DNA of 64,000 nucleotides from Geosiphon pyriformis uo1. Lineage: Eukaryota > Fungi > Glomeromycota. This document shows, piece by piece, positions 12,897-28,887 of the stretch. The first letter of the stretch is position 1, and the number at the start of each line of letters is the position of its first letter. A program made the translations under genes and the position numbers. The DNA lies in NCBI GenBank assembly GCA_016748015.1, contig JAAOMT010000484.1, forward strand, positions 71,443-135,442, written 5' to 3'. The notes below the pieces were generated by a model. The model ran no database searches. It was not told the DNA's origin and saw only the letters and a program-made list of their open reading frames with translations.

Positions 12897-13860
12897 TTAA
12901 TCTTCACCCGCGGGTACTTCCTCTTCCAAATACCGCACTAATTTCACGCGCATTTCTGTCTGATCATCGCCACGTAAAACATCGCTTATGAAATTGGCTT
13001 CCACTTGCATTTGAACCTGTAAAGCGAATCCGAGAATAAAATAATGCAGAAAAGAGAAAAATCAAGATATAAAGTGTAACTTACCATCTCTAAAGATCCA
13101 CGTAAGACCCCACACAATATGTTTGAATACCAAAGGTCTTCCGCAGCCGAATTATCCTCGGGTAACTCAACAAACTCGGACAATGGATTTTCATCAAATA
13201 CCAACGAAAATTCTTTTCCATTTGCAGACCAGTTTGTTAGTGTAGGAGTAATATTCAAAAAAATTTTGAAGCCTATCTAAAAACGAACGATGATTAGAGG
13301 AAACGAATTTTAGAAGATTTGGAGATCAAATGGCAAATATGAATTTAGGAGGCGTGAATCGATAACTCACCTTCGAGATAACTTCGGCAGTCTCACGGAA
13401 ATCGGCACATCGACCTAAACTGGCACGTGCTAGAAAATCCTCGATCAATCGTACGCCAATGTTATAGCCCCTTGAGAGAATTTTGCACTGGGAGCGTCAG
13501 TAAAAGTTTCAAATTTCACATAGTTGACTAGAGGCAAATGGTAACCAAGTGGCTTGAGATTTAAAAATTGAATAAATGTCCATTTTATTCTAAGGGGATT
13601 TCCAAAGAACAAAAACAACCTACATTTTCTCTAATTGTTTATTGACCTCTTGATAATCTTCATAGTCTTTGACGAGTTGGGCAACGATAGAGCCATATGT
13701 TAAAGTGAATAGTTCTGCATTCTATTCAACATGTTATAAGAGGATTTAGAAAAACTTGCAAAAAGTAGATAAACAAATAATTGTTTGCCAAATTTCATAC
13801 AATTTTGTCTACGCGGTTTTTCCACACATCCTCACCTATCGTCTTGAATTGTTTCGCCAT
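12897..13860 (-). CDS. BET3: TRAPP complex subunit Bet3 / TRAPPC3 (multi-exon)
   Basis: [62 protein letters not shown]-terminus EEEVPAGED. Confidence 0.96.
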
Positions 13861-14004
13861 TTAGGAAATATGGTTTAACTTCAGCTAATTTTATATTTTT
13901 CTGATTACTTTGATGCTATAAATTAAACAAAGATCCATTGATTACGTACAGCATGAAACAAGTACAGGCTGATAGCTCTAGAGAACTTGAAACATTTCGT
14001 AAGG

Positions 14005-15334
14005 ATGTCGAGCAGTATAGGGCCCCAGATTCCTGAAATTTTGAAAGCAAAATTCTTCAGTGAAAGTGAAGGGCAAGAAAAAGAACAGTTAGAAGCAGAT
14101 ATTGGATCAAAATCGGAGTTGAATAATACTTCCAATGAGTTAGCTGAAAGGAAATTTTCACATATTATTGGGCCCGAAGTGAGTTTAAAAGACTCTGTTA
14201 TTGGCGACTCTGATGATCCAGATGTTTATATGCCAGCTTTACCGCCTGATATGCTAGCAGAAAGACAAGAAAAGAAAAATAGGGCTTCAGAGGGCAAAAA
14301 AAATCAAACAAACAAGACAACTAAAACAACTTCTAGGCGCATCTTAGGGCCAGCAGTAATGCCACCTCCCGGCTATCAGCCCTACAAAGGGGAAGAGGAG
14401 GAAGAGATCATCGGCCCAGTGCTCCCAGAGGGTCTTACAGATAATCTTAACCAAGAGTTAGATTTGCAGAGGAGGCTTGAAGAGTTTGAAGAGAGGTCTG
14501 AGAGGATGCGTCAGGCGCTCCGGGTAAAGAAATGCTTCGCGTATTTTTAAAGGATTTATATGAGGCTTTTTCAATATTTGCTTATGGAAGAAGGCTCAAA
14601 AATATAGCCAGATCTATCAGATTCGGAAGGAATATTACAGCGTGGGGAATGGATGCTGGTTCCTCCATCCAGATTTCTCGCGGCAGGTCGGTGAACACAT
14701 GTTTGCCATTCTTTTTATGACATGTTAATCGATATCACCCTATTTTATATATTTCCTCAGAATCTCTCAACAAATTGCGCTCACGCAAATTTAACAAAAA
14801 GGATTACGATCCTACTAAAGTTGATAATTCTCTCTGGACTGAAACGCCCTCAGAAAGACAAAACCGATTAAAGGATCAAAAGGTTGATATATTTGACCTA
14901 ATGTTTCAAATAATTATTCACCAGTAAATAAAATCTTCATTAAAGGCTTCAATTGGAGAAAAGAAACCTCAAAAAGAGGAGGAGGAGGAGGAACCAATCC
15001 AATACACAGCTGAGGAATTAGAAATTTCTGAAAGAGTTCATGAGTATAATGTATACGCAGTCCAATTATATGTAAAAATTAGGACGTGAACACATCTCAT
15101 ATTTTATTTCATTAGGAGAAATATCGACCAAAATCTTTGTTGAAACAACACTCCGAGACTTATGCCAAATCAAAAAAATGGGAGCAGGATGATGTTCGTC
15201 AAAGGCCATTTGATCGTGATCGAGATGTATTGGGTCCTCGGAGAATGAACCCTCGAAAAAGGAAGGAAATACTTGAACTGGCCAGTGGATTGGGAAGTAA
15301 ATTCGGCCACGGAAGAAGCGGAACTTTTTTGTGA
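14005..15334 (+). CDS. GPALPP1 / DUF3752-like protein (multi-exon)
   Basis: Repeated IGP/GPAxMPP motifs, RGEWMLVPP, SLWTETP, RPFDRDRD and C-terminal LGSKFGHGRSGTFL. Confidence 0.8.
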
Positions 15335-15637
15335 ACCCAAGTCAATTATTTCTAGTTTCCAAATTATTATCAATAGTTGAAAATCTTTACGTATTTTTTT
15401 GTAAATTCGATTAAAATTGCCTCGAGGAGGCACGCGGCGAATTTTGTTATTTAATAGAGCAATTTATTCTTCACGAATGGTTGAAATTGAAGTTTTCCAA
15501 TCTTGGGAGATCTGACAAGTTTGAATTTTATTGTTTGCCAATTTATATTTCCAAATATATAATGAAACCAAGGGCTAAGGCAAAAAGGCATGGCAGGGTT
15601 ACCCCAGGAATAAATGCTTCCATGTTTCACATTTGCC

Positions 15638-17283
15638 TCACGCCCAGTTCAGACTTCTTTCGATCGCTTTCAGCCATTGTTTGAGTCTAGCTTCGCGATC
15701 CTCTTGGGAAGTTTGAGGTAAGAATTGTTGATAATCGTGGGCATTGACTTCTTCCAATTCACTCAAACTTTTCCAGACGCCAACTGCGTAACCAGCCGCG
15801 ATAGCCGCCCCTAAAGCAGTAGCCTCCCGCATGGCGGGTCGAATCACCGGAATACCTAAGATATCTGCCTGTATCTGCATGCATAAATCAGAATTGCTTA
15901 AGCCACCATCAGCTTTCAAAGAAGTTAAAGGTGCGTCTGAGTCTTTGTTCATGGCGTCCAAGATATCGCGCGTTTGAAAACAGGCAGCTTCCAAAATAGC
16001 ACGAGCAATATGGTTCTTATTGGTGTATTGTGTAATTCCCACTATACACCCACGAGCATCGTCACGCCAATAGGGGGCAAACAAACCTGAAAAAGCTGTT
16101 ACGAAATAAACACCACCAGTATCTTCTACTTGAGCTGCTAGCTGATTAATCTCATTTGTCTCGCTGATAAGTCCGAGATTATCACGAACCCATTTAACTG
16201 CTGATCCAGCCACAGCTATAGAACCCTCTAAAGCGTATACTGTCTCCTCGTTTCCGAATTTGTAGCCTACCGTTGTAAGTAGACCGCTTTGAGAGATGAT
16301 AGGATCCGAACCAGTATTAAACAGCATAAAGCAACCAGTTCCGTAGGTGTTTTTCGCTTCGCCTGGTTTGAAGCATTTTTGTCCAACCAGTGCAGCCTGT
16401 TGATCTCCCAGGACCCCTGCGATTGAAATACCTTGCAAAGAACCGATGGTGATATCGCCGTATATTTCAGAAGAAGACACAATTCTCGGAAGAACCGAAG
16501 GTTTTACTTCAAAAAATTCGAGCAGTTCATCACTCCATTTCAAGGATCTAATATCCATAAACATAGTTCTAGACGCATTAGTAACATCGGTAATATGTAT
16601 CCCACCTTTATTACCACCTGTTAAGTTCTGTTGAATTAAAGATGAAATCAATCAAAGTTTAATATGCATCAGGCTTTAGATCAAAAATTTTTTACCCATA
16701 TTAACCATGAATCAATGGTACCGAATAGCAATGTTTCCTTGTCATGAGCTTCTTTGACCACAGCCACATTTTCCAACATCCATTTTAGTTTAAGTGCCGA
16801 AAAGTAGGTAGTAATTGGCAGACCACATTTTTCTTTTAAAGCCTTCGCACCAAATGAAGTCGTTTTATTTAAACGGTGAACCAAATCATGCGTACGGGTA
16901 TCAGACCACACTATAGCATTATAAAGGGGTTTTCCGGTGATTCGGTCCCAAACTACCGTTGTTTCTCTTTGGTTGGTAATGCCAATAGCCTTAATGTCAT
17001 TTATCTTATGACCCGCTTGCTCAAACTTTTGAATGGTCGCTTTGATACATAAAAGAACTGAGTCGAAAATTTCAACTGGATTATGCTCTACCCAGCTGCG
17101 AAAATCTTTTTGGTCAATCCTAATGTGCGAAATGGTTTGTTCACATAGGCAATCTTACCCAGGGTGTGGATAATATTGAGGATATTCCGCTTGGTGATAT
17201 GTGACCAATCCACCCTTATCGTCGAAAACCAAAAAACGAGAAGAAGTAGTCCCTTGGTCTATAGCACCAATAAAAGAACTCAT
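15638..17283 (-). CDS. GUT1: Glycerol kinase, FGGY family (3 exons)
   Basis: [64 protein letters not shown]. Confidence 0.96.
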
Positions 17284-17608
17284 GGGTAAAAATTGTGAAG
17301 GGGTAAAGGTGGAGCGAACGTTCCCTTAGCTGATAAGAGAGAAATTAACTGTCATGTTTGTCACATGTCAGCCACGTAAACTTTTGATCTGATCTCTTCC
17401 CGTGGCGTTTCCGCCAAAATTATTTTCATAATTACTGCCCCAACGCTTTTTTACGCAAACCCCTTTTGAGATGTAAAAAATCGCTATCTGACAATCCACA
17501 GTATATAAGATAATCATCAAACGACCAAAAATTTTTGCGTTTTTAAAAATTTTTATTCTGCTTGAATTTAATATACGCTAAAAATTTTCAACCTTATAAA
17601 AAACATTC

Positions 17609-19322
<1,714 letters not shown>

Positions 19323-19547
19323 GTTTTTATGCATAAAAAGTTAATTTCTTGAATATATTCTGCATGAAAGTAACATTTCCTAAAACATCTTTTTTTATAC
19401 ATGACAGTTACTGAAACCTAAAGCCTGGAAAATTTTGATAAAAGGATTGAAATTAATAAAAATAGATATTTTATTTTTGGAAAATAACTAATTTTCTTAA
19501 CCTGAACAATTCCCTGTATCAAATTGTGTACCTTGTAGCAAATCATA

Positions 19548-21269
19548 TCATTTTTCCCTCAGTGAATTGTAATGTTCGCCTAGCCCATACATGTATCGAT
19601 GGTATCTAAAAAAAAAAAGAGAATCAAGGGAAAAAATAAACTTCTTTAGAACTTGATATGCTTAATATGAAGAAGAAAGGATACGATAGCGTGATTGGTT
19701 TTTTATTCGTGAATTCATCTTCAGATATTTTGAGCAAAGGTAAACCCATCTGAACAATGTAAATTGGGATCTCATAAAACTTTGATGCAGCGCGTAACTA
19801 CAAAAAGCAGAAATTGCACCAAAGTTAGCTTTTAATTATTTTAAAATTGTTGAGGTAGATAAATTCAAGATAAAAAGAAACAACACCTCCAATTGACCAC
19901 CCCAGTCGGCAGTGTTCTCTAGATTGTAGCAATACCTTTGAAATTGTTCTAATAACAGATATAATAAAAATGTGTGTATTTTGTTGATTCTTCCAAGACT
20001 CGAATGAATTTTCAGAAACTCACCCATGGTATAAAGATCACCTGATTCTGTGGAAAGGAACGGAAGAAAATCGTCAGAATTTTGTCGCATATACTCAGCG
20101 ACGTTCTTCCTGATATCTTTATAATCAGTCTTTGAAATTATACTTTAATGAATTATTTAGGAGAAAATCAAAAATTTTATTAATCATGAAATTAGAAGAA
20201 TGTATACCATGATATTATATTGCGTTGAGAGTTGATCAGCGATTGCATTGTACAAGCTAAAAATTGCCAGTCACGACATTTAGTGAGAAAATGCTTTATA
20301 CATCCTAATAAATACTCCTTAAACAATATAAAAAAAATTAATTTACCAATGACCGTCTGGAATGATCTGTTACGAATCCAAAGAACAACTTTTAGCTGAC
20401 ATGAAAAATGTATTATAAAAATGTATCCATCAAATGAAATCGCAGAACGAACTTGTTTAATAGTTAAATCCATTTTCTCTGTTAGGCTTTTGATCGCTTC
20501 TAACTCCACCTCTTTCATGTTAATTTGACCATCGACTTCTTTTTCAGCTTGATCTTGCAATTCTTTGAACTTTGCCATTGCTTTTTCCTGAGATTTGATT
20601 GTGGGTTTATGAGGAATTGCACTTATAAACTATAGCTTAATTGCAAATTTTACCTTTCTTTTTTTCTGTCTACTGTATTTCGGCTTAGCTTTTAATGAAG
20701 CGTCTTTTTTCGTTTGATTAATAGATCGGCTGGCGAAATTTTCTTCTTCGGCAATATTCTCTTCATCATCATCGATGGCATCTTTCTCTTCGGATGCTAA
20801 TTTATTGTTTATTGGACCACTTTTTCCCTATGATAATTCAGCAAAGTTGAATAATACAATAATAATTCCTTAAGCAAAAGATAGGTCATTTGCATGAGAC
20901 TCACACCTTATTTGTCAAAGTGTTCTCAGAGACAGCCTCGCCACCAGCTGCTTTCGTTTCAACCTCTCCATGCTCCACCTCCTGCCCAACGTTCAAAGCA
21001 TAGTAGCTGATAAGTTCATTCGCCTGTCTCTCATCAGTTGTTTGCTCAAGTATCAATATTTCGGCTTGTATTTCTTTCTTTCGTTTCTTGTCACCTTTGG
21101 TAACCGTTTTTTTAAGCTTTATCGTACGAGCCGCAAGCTCTTTGAGTTCTTTTTTGTGCCTTGCGGTTATTTGGGTCAAAGTTTCAAGGTGCTGTGAGGG
21201 TGCTGAAGAAATTGTTGAATCATCAAATATTTCTTGTGTTGAAGACGAAGTGCCAGTAGTATCAGTCAT
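19548..21269 (-). CDS. OTU-domain deubiquitinase, Otu2/OTUD6-like (multi-exon)
   Basis: N-terminal RHKKELKEL...KKRKKEI; catalytic IIPDGHCLYNAIADQL split by an intron; WGGQLE; YMYGLGEHYNSL. Confidence 0.9.
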
Positions 21270-21383
21270 TGGTATAGGGTTCCAAATGAGTCAAATCGAT
21301 TAAAATCATTGATCAAATTCTAGTTTATTAAGCCAATGACAATTTATTTCTGATACAGCACTTTCAAATTCAAATTTCCAAAA

Positions 21384-22401
21384 ATGAAAAGTCGATTTAT
21401 TATAGGTAAAGAAAAAATCGTTGAACCTCATTCTCTTTAAAGCAATTAACCCCAACCCAAATCAAAACAAAATCTACATCAGAACACATGGAAAATTCTC
21501 TTCACGACTGGTGTCTTTTAGAATATAAACACGTCGCTTTGCAAATCCCCACGTCAAATTTCTACATAACGAACCTTTCATCTACGGCTTGCATAACCTT
21601 GTTACAAAATTCTGAGTTGAAAGGGTGTAATTTTATAACGGGAAATATTCAAAGTATGGGAATAGAAAAAGAAAAGATTTGTCTTCTGGATCCGGCTGCG
21701 AAGGAAGATTTGAAACCAGGGGATGGAGAAGAATTTGAATATTTTTTGTTTGGTGGAATTCTAGGTGATGATCCGCCGAAAGGTAGACAGAGGTTTTCCT
21801 TGGGCTTAGTAGATTATGGTTTGATAAATGCCATGTACAAAAAAAAATAAAATTCCCGGGTTCTCCCTAATTTCAATAGATCGTACGAGCGAATTACGAA
21901 AATTGGGATTCCGAACACGACATCTGGGTTCATTACAAATGACAACAGATACTGCTTTATTAGTAACAAAACGTGTAGTAGAAGATAAAGGTAAGTGAGG
22001 TAATATCCCTTTCAGTTTGATGACTGATTCATTTTTCATGCATAAAAATCCATGCAGTACCACTCCACGAAATACCATACATTGATTACCCTGAAATTAA
22101 ACTCGATACAACAGAATCTGTGGTCAGTACTATTAAGTTTTGGCGTATTGTCGAATCGCCAGATTTTTTTTATAACTTTAAAATCTTGGAACCATTTGAT
22201 CCAAGAATAAAGTTTATGGAAATTAACTAGATTGGTAACCTATTTCAGATTATGCCGTTTCGTTACATTGCCTTTCATCATGACACCATCTCAACACTAC
22301 AAACGACCAATAATGAATTAAAAAAAAATGTTGTACCCTTCTTACCTTCAGGGATGATTGAACTGTTACGAAAAGATGGTGATTTAGCTTTAGAGTTTTA
22401 A
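21384..22401 (+). CDS. SFM1: Sfm1-like SPOUT SAM-dependent methyltransferase (multi-exon)
   Basis: FIIEHME...WCLLEY, ICLLDP, FLFGGILGDDPPKDRTSELR, RHLGSLQMTTDTA, IPYIDYPEI, MPFRY, LPSGMIELL. Confidence 0.88.
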
Positions 22402-22539
22402 ACTTAACAAGTGCTAGATTTCTGTATACTTTAGTTTCGGCACTAATAACATGAAATTAGCATTAGATATGATAGTCTTTCATTACCTGGTCACATAAAA
22501 AATATTTATTTAATAATCGAGTTTTAGAGAATTTAGTTC

Positions 22540-24042
22540 ATGGATAATTTTGAAACCTCCTCCTCCACCCCACAATCTTTGACGCTTCCTCAACCCGGAG
22601 AGGTTTTAATACATGACTTTAGGCCAACGCGGTCTATACCAAACCAGTCTTTACAAGAGGAAACCCAACCACCAGCGTTGAAATGTCTCCAATGGAACGT
22701 GGAACGTAATCTTTCTGCTTCAAAAATCTTAGATACACTTCGCCAGCTGGACCCTGATATTGCCCTTTTACAAGAAATTGATATTGAATGTGAAAGATCG
22801 AACCGACGGGATCATTTTCGTGAAATTGCAAAAGAGTTAGAGTGGAAGGGAGGTTTTGTGTGCGAGTTTGTTGAATTAGAGGGTAAAACGAGCCAAGAAC
22901 GAGATGGCGTGCATGGAAACGCGATATTTACCAAACATCAAATATCATTTCGTACGTTGGATCATAAATATCATCCATATGACTGGGAGAGGGACGGGCA
23001 TAAATTAGGCGAACCACGTAAAGGAAGGTGAGTTATAACTGTGTCAATAAAGCGAATTGTCTACGCGATTTTTTAAACTTCTCGGTCACCTTTAAACCAG
23101 GCGATTTACTCTGGTGGCAGAAGTGAAGACGCCACATGGACCACCAATCTTATGTTATTGTGTTCATTTAGAGGTTTGATTAATTCATGATATTGATTGA
23201 AATCGTACTTGTCTATCAACAAAACTCACTGATGCATATCTCAGGTATTCTGCGGGTTAACAGGACGTATAGCACAATTCTCGGAAATTTTATCAGACTC
23301 GGCTGCTCACATTCCTACACATCCATACCAAATAATTTTTGGCGATCTGAATACAATGTCCCATTCAATAGCACGTTTCTCGCCTTTTTATTGCACAGAT
23401 CAATATCGCGTTCTATCCTGTGGCATGTCGGAATCCGTATTCTGGGATAAATATCTATTTTCATGGCATACATTGGATGGTGATTCGAATCTATTATTGA
23501 AATCTTGTGGACTCGGGTATTTTAATCGATTTTTCTCTTGGGGACCAAATTCGAATTCGAACCAACAAGATTATCAACACGTAAAAACACTTTCGGGATT
23601 CACATCGTCTGTTTTATGTGCAGCACGAAACCCAGGATTCTATGATCCTTGGGACTCGGAATTAGATATCACATTACATAATCCAAACTATCTCGGTATA
23701 TATAAGGCGAAATTAGATTGGACCTTAGTTCGTGGATTTGAAGTTATTAATCGATGGATGGGAAACGACGATTATTCTGCCTCTGATCATAAATATCTAA
23801 TGGTCGCATTATTATTCGATCAACCAGATAATATTCAATCTCCTGAATTAGCTAAAAAAATTTGGCTAAATCGACGAGAAAAATGGAATTTTAAAGCGAA
23901 AAGTGGGTTACGAGTCGGATTGACTTTCAGGGATGAGAAGAATTATGAGATTGGGCTATTTGGTTTTGGGAGTCGATTAACAATAATCGGTATTTTGAGC
24001 TTGGTGGTTTTGGGAATTAGTATATCGTATAGTTTTAGCTAA
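22540..24042 (+). CDS. Endonuclease/exonuclease/phosphatase (EEP) family protein with a C-terminal hydrophobic helix (3 exons)
   Basis: QWNVE, LLQEID, HGNAIF, HLE, GDLNT, KLDW and SDHK motifs; exons ~22540-23028, 23101-23173, 23245-24042. Confidence 0.85.
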
Positions 24043-24979
24043 AGGAATATAAGATCCTATTCGATTTTGGCTTTTGTATTATATCAGAGTATATCTATAT
24101 TCGTTTGGTTTATAAAACTTAATTTTTAAGAAAAGGTAATAAATTCGATTTTCAACTGATATGAGAAATGAGAATCAGTTAAAGTCAACCCACAGAAAGT
24201 ATCTTCAACCTCTATAAAAAGAGTAAAAAATATTGGTTCCCCAAATTTAAATTCCTATTCATACTAGGATTTATAATAGCTTATTAAAATAAAAAATCCA
24301 TTTGAAATCTAATTTAGTCATATCACCATGGAGAATGTGCCAGGACTATCCAATAAAGTACTTAATCGTGATTCTTTTAGGATCATTGAATAAAGACAGA
24401 AATCGACAGATATATGACAAAATAATTTACAAATATCGACTCATGTTTTTCAATTATTGATGAAAATTCAACTTTAGAATTAGAATTATAAAATTGTATA
24501 TTATAATTTGTATATTACTTTTATTATAATAAATATTTTTATCAAAGGCAATTTTAATTTCTTTTTTGATTTAACTGAATGTTTGTTGTTTTAAATTCAA
24601 TAATCATTAAAAATTTGGTTAATTGTTATAAGTAAATATTAAAAACTTATTTTAAATCCAAATATTATTATTAACAATTGCTTTCAAGTTTTTAACAATA
24701 AAAATTTTTAATGTAATAATTTATATTTTAAAAAGTTATAATTAATTTAAAATTCAATTTAATAACTAATAATATGTTTAATTTCTAAATATTTAAAGTT
24801 AATTTTATAAATAATTATAATTATTTTTTTTGTCAATTTTTATTTACAAAAAGAGCTAAGAGAAATTAAAAAAATATTTTATTTCTTTTTTCTTTACTTT
24901 GTTTTTTTTATGAACTATTTTTTTATTTTAATACCAACAAAAAAAAATATATCAATATATATTTATAAAAATACAAATA

Positions 24980-26178
24980 AAATGGCCAAAAAACTTATTG
25001 TTAAAATGCCAAATATTATCTTATTTGTTGGTTTTTTAATTATAAATGTGTTAAAATTTAATAATATTAAAGTATTTAAATTATAAAAAAATAAAATAAA
25101 AAATAAAACTAATAACATTAATAATATATTAGATATTAAAGACATAAATAATGTTTTTATTATAATATGTTAAACAATTTTAAGTTTATAGATAATACAA
25201 CTTTATAAAATATTTATACTTATGTTTATAATTTAAACAATTTAATTTATCAATTAATTTTTAATAATTTAAGTAATAATAAAGCTTTAAAACTTTTTTT
25301 CTTTAAATTTAATAAATTAAAGTTATTAACTACAATTTTATTAAATAAATAAATTTAAGAGAATCTTTATTTTTTTAAAATTATTTAATTAATATTTATA
25401 TTTAAATTAAGCTTAAATAAAACTAAAAATTTAATAATTAATATAAAAATTTTAGTAAATTTTAGATTAAAAAAAATTAATATATATATAAATTAGAAAG
25501 TAATAATTAAAAAAATTTTAATTAATTTTCTTAAAATTAGCTTTTTTTAAATTTAACAAAATTGTATTAATCAACTTACAACTTATTGGTTTATAACAAT
25601 AAATTTTAAAAATTATAATATTGTTAAGTTAATTGTTTTTAAATAATCTGTTTTATAAGTAAAAAATTTTATATATATAATAATAATATTAGATTTTTAT
25701 GTTTTTTAATACAAAAATTACAATGTATATTATTAAAATTATTATTAAAATCATGCAAAAAAAATCTATATTATTATATTTAATCAACAAAATTAGCCAA
25801 TAAATAAAAAATAATAATAATATAATCTAATTATTTAATTAAATTAGATATAAAAATTTTTTGACAAAATTAAAAAATACCAATCAAAATTAAAAATTAA
25901 CATGTAATTTAATAACAACAAGTTTTATTATATTTTAAAATTTTTATATACTCTTATTTATACAATTTAATATTTTAAATCTGTAATTATTATTTAAAAA
26001 TATTTATCAAAAAATATAATTAATTTATTTATTTTTGATTATATTAATTAAGTTTTAAATTTAACTATTTAAATCTGATTATCTAAATTAATAGCTTATA
26101 AAAAAATATTATATTAAATTATAATTAATTTAATTAATTTAATATATATAAATAATTAATATATTTAAATAGTTTTAA
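24980..26178 (+). pseudogene. Extremely AT-eroded coding relic, possibly a LINE-type ORF1
   Basis: Reversing C>T/G>A changes gives readable peptide (e.g. SKFGKIVSI..QLIGLWQ, EVIVKEIPVDLPK) resembling fungal LINE ORF1 from memory; not verified by search. Confidence 0.35.
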
Positions 26179-26792
26179 TATTATAAATTAGAATAACAAG
26201 TTAATAAATAATAATAAAAAAATTATTAAAAATAATAGAAATAATCAAAAAACAAATCAAATTTATAAAAATTAATATATATAATTAATTTTAAAATTAT
26301 AATTATTAAATCTTATCTAAAAAATTTAAAAGTAGAAAAATAGTTAATAATTATTAATAAAATAATACTGCTGTTATTATTTTATGTTTTATTTCAATAA
26401 TTTTTAAAATTAATAACAAGTATTATTATGTTTTTCAATAATTTTTACTTAATAAATTTTTTAAATTAATTTTAATAATATAAATTAAAAAAAAATAAGA
26501 TATGTAAATACTAACAAATAATTTTTTATTTACAAATATTTAAATACTTAAAAATAAGAAAAAAAAATAAGTAATATAAAAAAAATATTAGATAATAGTT
26601 GTTATTTTATTATTTTAATTTTTAATATGTTTTTTATAATTAAAAAACTTATTATTTATATAATTATTTAAAGTAATTAATAACCAAATTAACAATTAAA
26701 TCAATAATCAAATCAATAGTTAAATTAATAATTAAATTATTGATTAGATTAATAATTATTATTTAAAAATAAAAAAGTTAATTATATAATAT
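26179..26792 (-). repeat. Decayed family-A LTR in reverse orientation, interrupted by element F
   Basis: Reverse complement matches A/A2 LTR segments (catagaataataacagcagt; taagtatttaaatat; gctatataagtaataag). Confidence 0.7.
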
Positions 26793-28887
26793 TGTTACAA
26801 TTGAAATCTATATTTCTTATTAATTATCACATATATTAGCCACTGATGTCATATAATTAACCACTTTATTTTTAGAAAGTGATCATTAAACTGATCAATA
26901 ATTTGACCATTAACCTGATTATTGACTTAATCATTGATCTAGTTGTTAACTTAATCATTGACCATTTTTGATAGCTATATAAGTAATGAATTTTTTAGTT
27001 GTAAAAAAGCATGTAAGAATCAAAGAAAGAAATAAAATAAAATAACAACTTTCATCTTAATTATTCTCTTATTGCTAATTTCTCTTTCCCTACCTTTAAG
27101 TATCTGAACATCTTGGAATAAAAGATTACTTGTTGGTTATTTTTTACCCTTTTCCTGAAACGTGTAATTACAACATTTGAAGATTATTGAATAAAATGTG
27201 ACTAAAAAGTACATTTGATACTTGATATTGAATTCTAAGAATGCCAATATAAAACATAAAATTATACCAATATGTGATCATTTGTTGACAGTATAAACTA
27301 TCTCTTTACCTTCAAATTCTCTGATTATCTTTTGAAAAATATAGCAACTAAGATATTTTATGAAACTGATTTTGTATATTGAATTCATACTTATTCAATT
27401 CACTTTTTGAAGTTGAATTCTCTTTGATTCTTTTCATTATTCTACAATCCTGTTTTCTCCTATTATCCGTTGTTACTCATAGAAATATAGGAAATATATT
27501 AGCATAATTATTAGCCAATTAGAAGTAAGCATAGTAAATGTGGAATTCCAGAATTCCAGGAATTTCAGAATTCCCCAACAAGGAATTGCAAGATTCCAGA
27601 ATTCCAGGATTCCTCTCAAAGGAATTGCAGGATTCCAGGAATTCCAGGATTCCTGTCGTGAAGAATCGAGGAATTGAAGAATCTCAATTATGTATATATA
27701 GTGATAGTGTTAGAAACAGAAAAGACAGAATTAATACTACAGAATCCTTAGCCTAGAAACAAAAATCATCAAATAAATAATTATTCCATATCTCAATTCA
27801 CTCTCTACTATCAACACTTCATGTTAATAATAAGTGATACTTAACTACACTAGAACAATAGCTCTTGATCATAGCTATTAACGGGATACTGATCTGCAAA
27901 TCGCCTTGGTTTATTTCTTTTCTTTCTTTATTTTTCTCTTATTTTTCTTTATTTTATTTTGATTTATTATTGTGCACTAACCCATTGATTGAAAAGTGCT
28001 GATTACTGACATCAAGGATTGCCTGGTAAAAGACCCCTGCGAAAGGATAGGACATGTACAGAAAATACGGATTACTTACTAGAGAATTGCTGGCCACCAA
28101 GCCGAGAAAAAAATTGACAGACTTGCAAGTCTGGGAAGCTATGGATAAAACAATTATTGTATCTTTGTCCATTATACAAAGAACTCCATCAAAACCTTCA
28201 GATACAATGCTCACAGAACCTCATCAATGGAAGTAGCTTTATGAGCACCAAGTTACAGGTTTGTTATTTACTTCAACAACAGAAATAATCCCCTGTAACA
28301 CCGTTAGTTTGTTACTCCAATCCATAACATAAAAGTGGTATTTTCTGTGAAATTGTTAAAATCCACTTTGTTTCTTATTGTATGGGTGATTATTTATACT
28401 TGTTACAACAATCAGAAGAATACTTTGAAGCACACAACAAAAATGATCTAGACTTTATTAAACTTAACCTTTTACCCTCCTGTTTGATTTGCTTTCTCAT
28501 TAAAAAACAATTTAGTAGACAATTCCAAGACTTTTGGAACTGGTTTCTGAACAAGCATTTAGCTGAAACCTATACAGCTTATACAACCTATTACTTTGAC
28601 CAAGCTTATTTTGAAGACAACTTTGAAGAAAAAAACAACAGTATCAATCAGCTTTTATATTCAACAACCTTTGAACAACAGCCCTCTAATTTTGAATATT
28701 TAAATCACCAAATTCACATTTAAATTGCTGCCTATTAGCTAATTGAAACACCCTTTGAAACAAAAAAAAAAAGCTATCAAACTGCTCTTGTTTTTGATCT
28801 CTTCTTAAGTAAATCAAAACCTTTTATACAAACAGCTACTCTTGAACCAATGGCTAATGACTCTATGCAACAAAACATTCTGATCAC
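26793..28887 (+). mobile_element. Element F: 5' part of a family-A Gypsy copy (5' LTR 26793-28329 split by E, PBS, gag start at 28382), interrupted by G
   Basis: TGTTAC start, A-type LTR ending ccataaca, then taaaagtggt; ORF 28382 is homologous to A gag at 44223. Confidence 0.88.
27471..28300. mobile_element. Solo LTR E (830 bp) inserted in the LTR of F
   Basis: TGTTAC...GTAACA termini, perfect CCGT/CCGT TSD, GGAATTCCA-type array at 27541-27678; removing it restores the A-type LTR end. Confidence 0.9.

Noticed and set aside
24963-25145. Hydrophobic 60-aa ORF and surrounding very AT-rich DNA suggesting a mitochondrial insertion
   Set aside because: No mitochondrial gene or RNA motif recognised; hydrophobicity follows from AT richness, and neighbouring DNA matches eroded TE sequence.
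27538-27756. 72-aa ORF with SRIPG repeats
   Set aside because: By-product of the GGAATTCCA array within solo LTR E.
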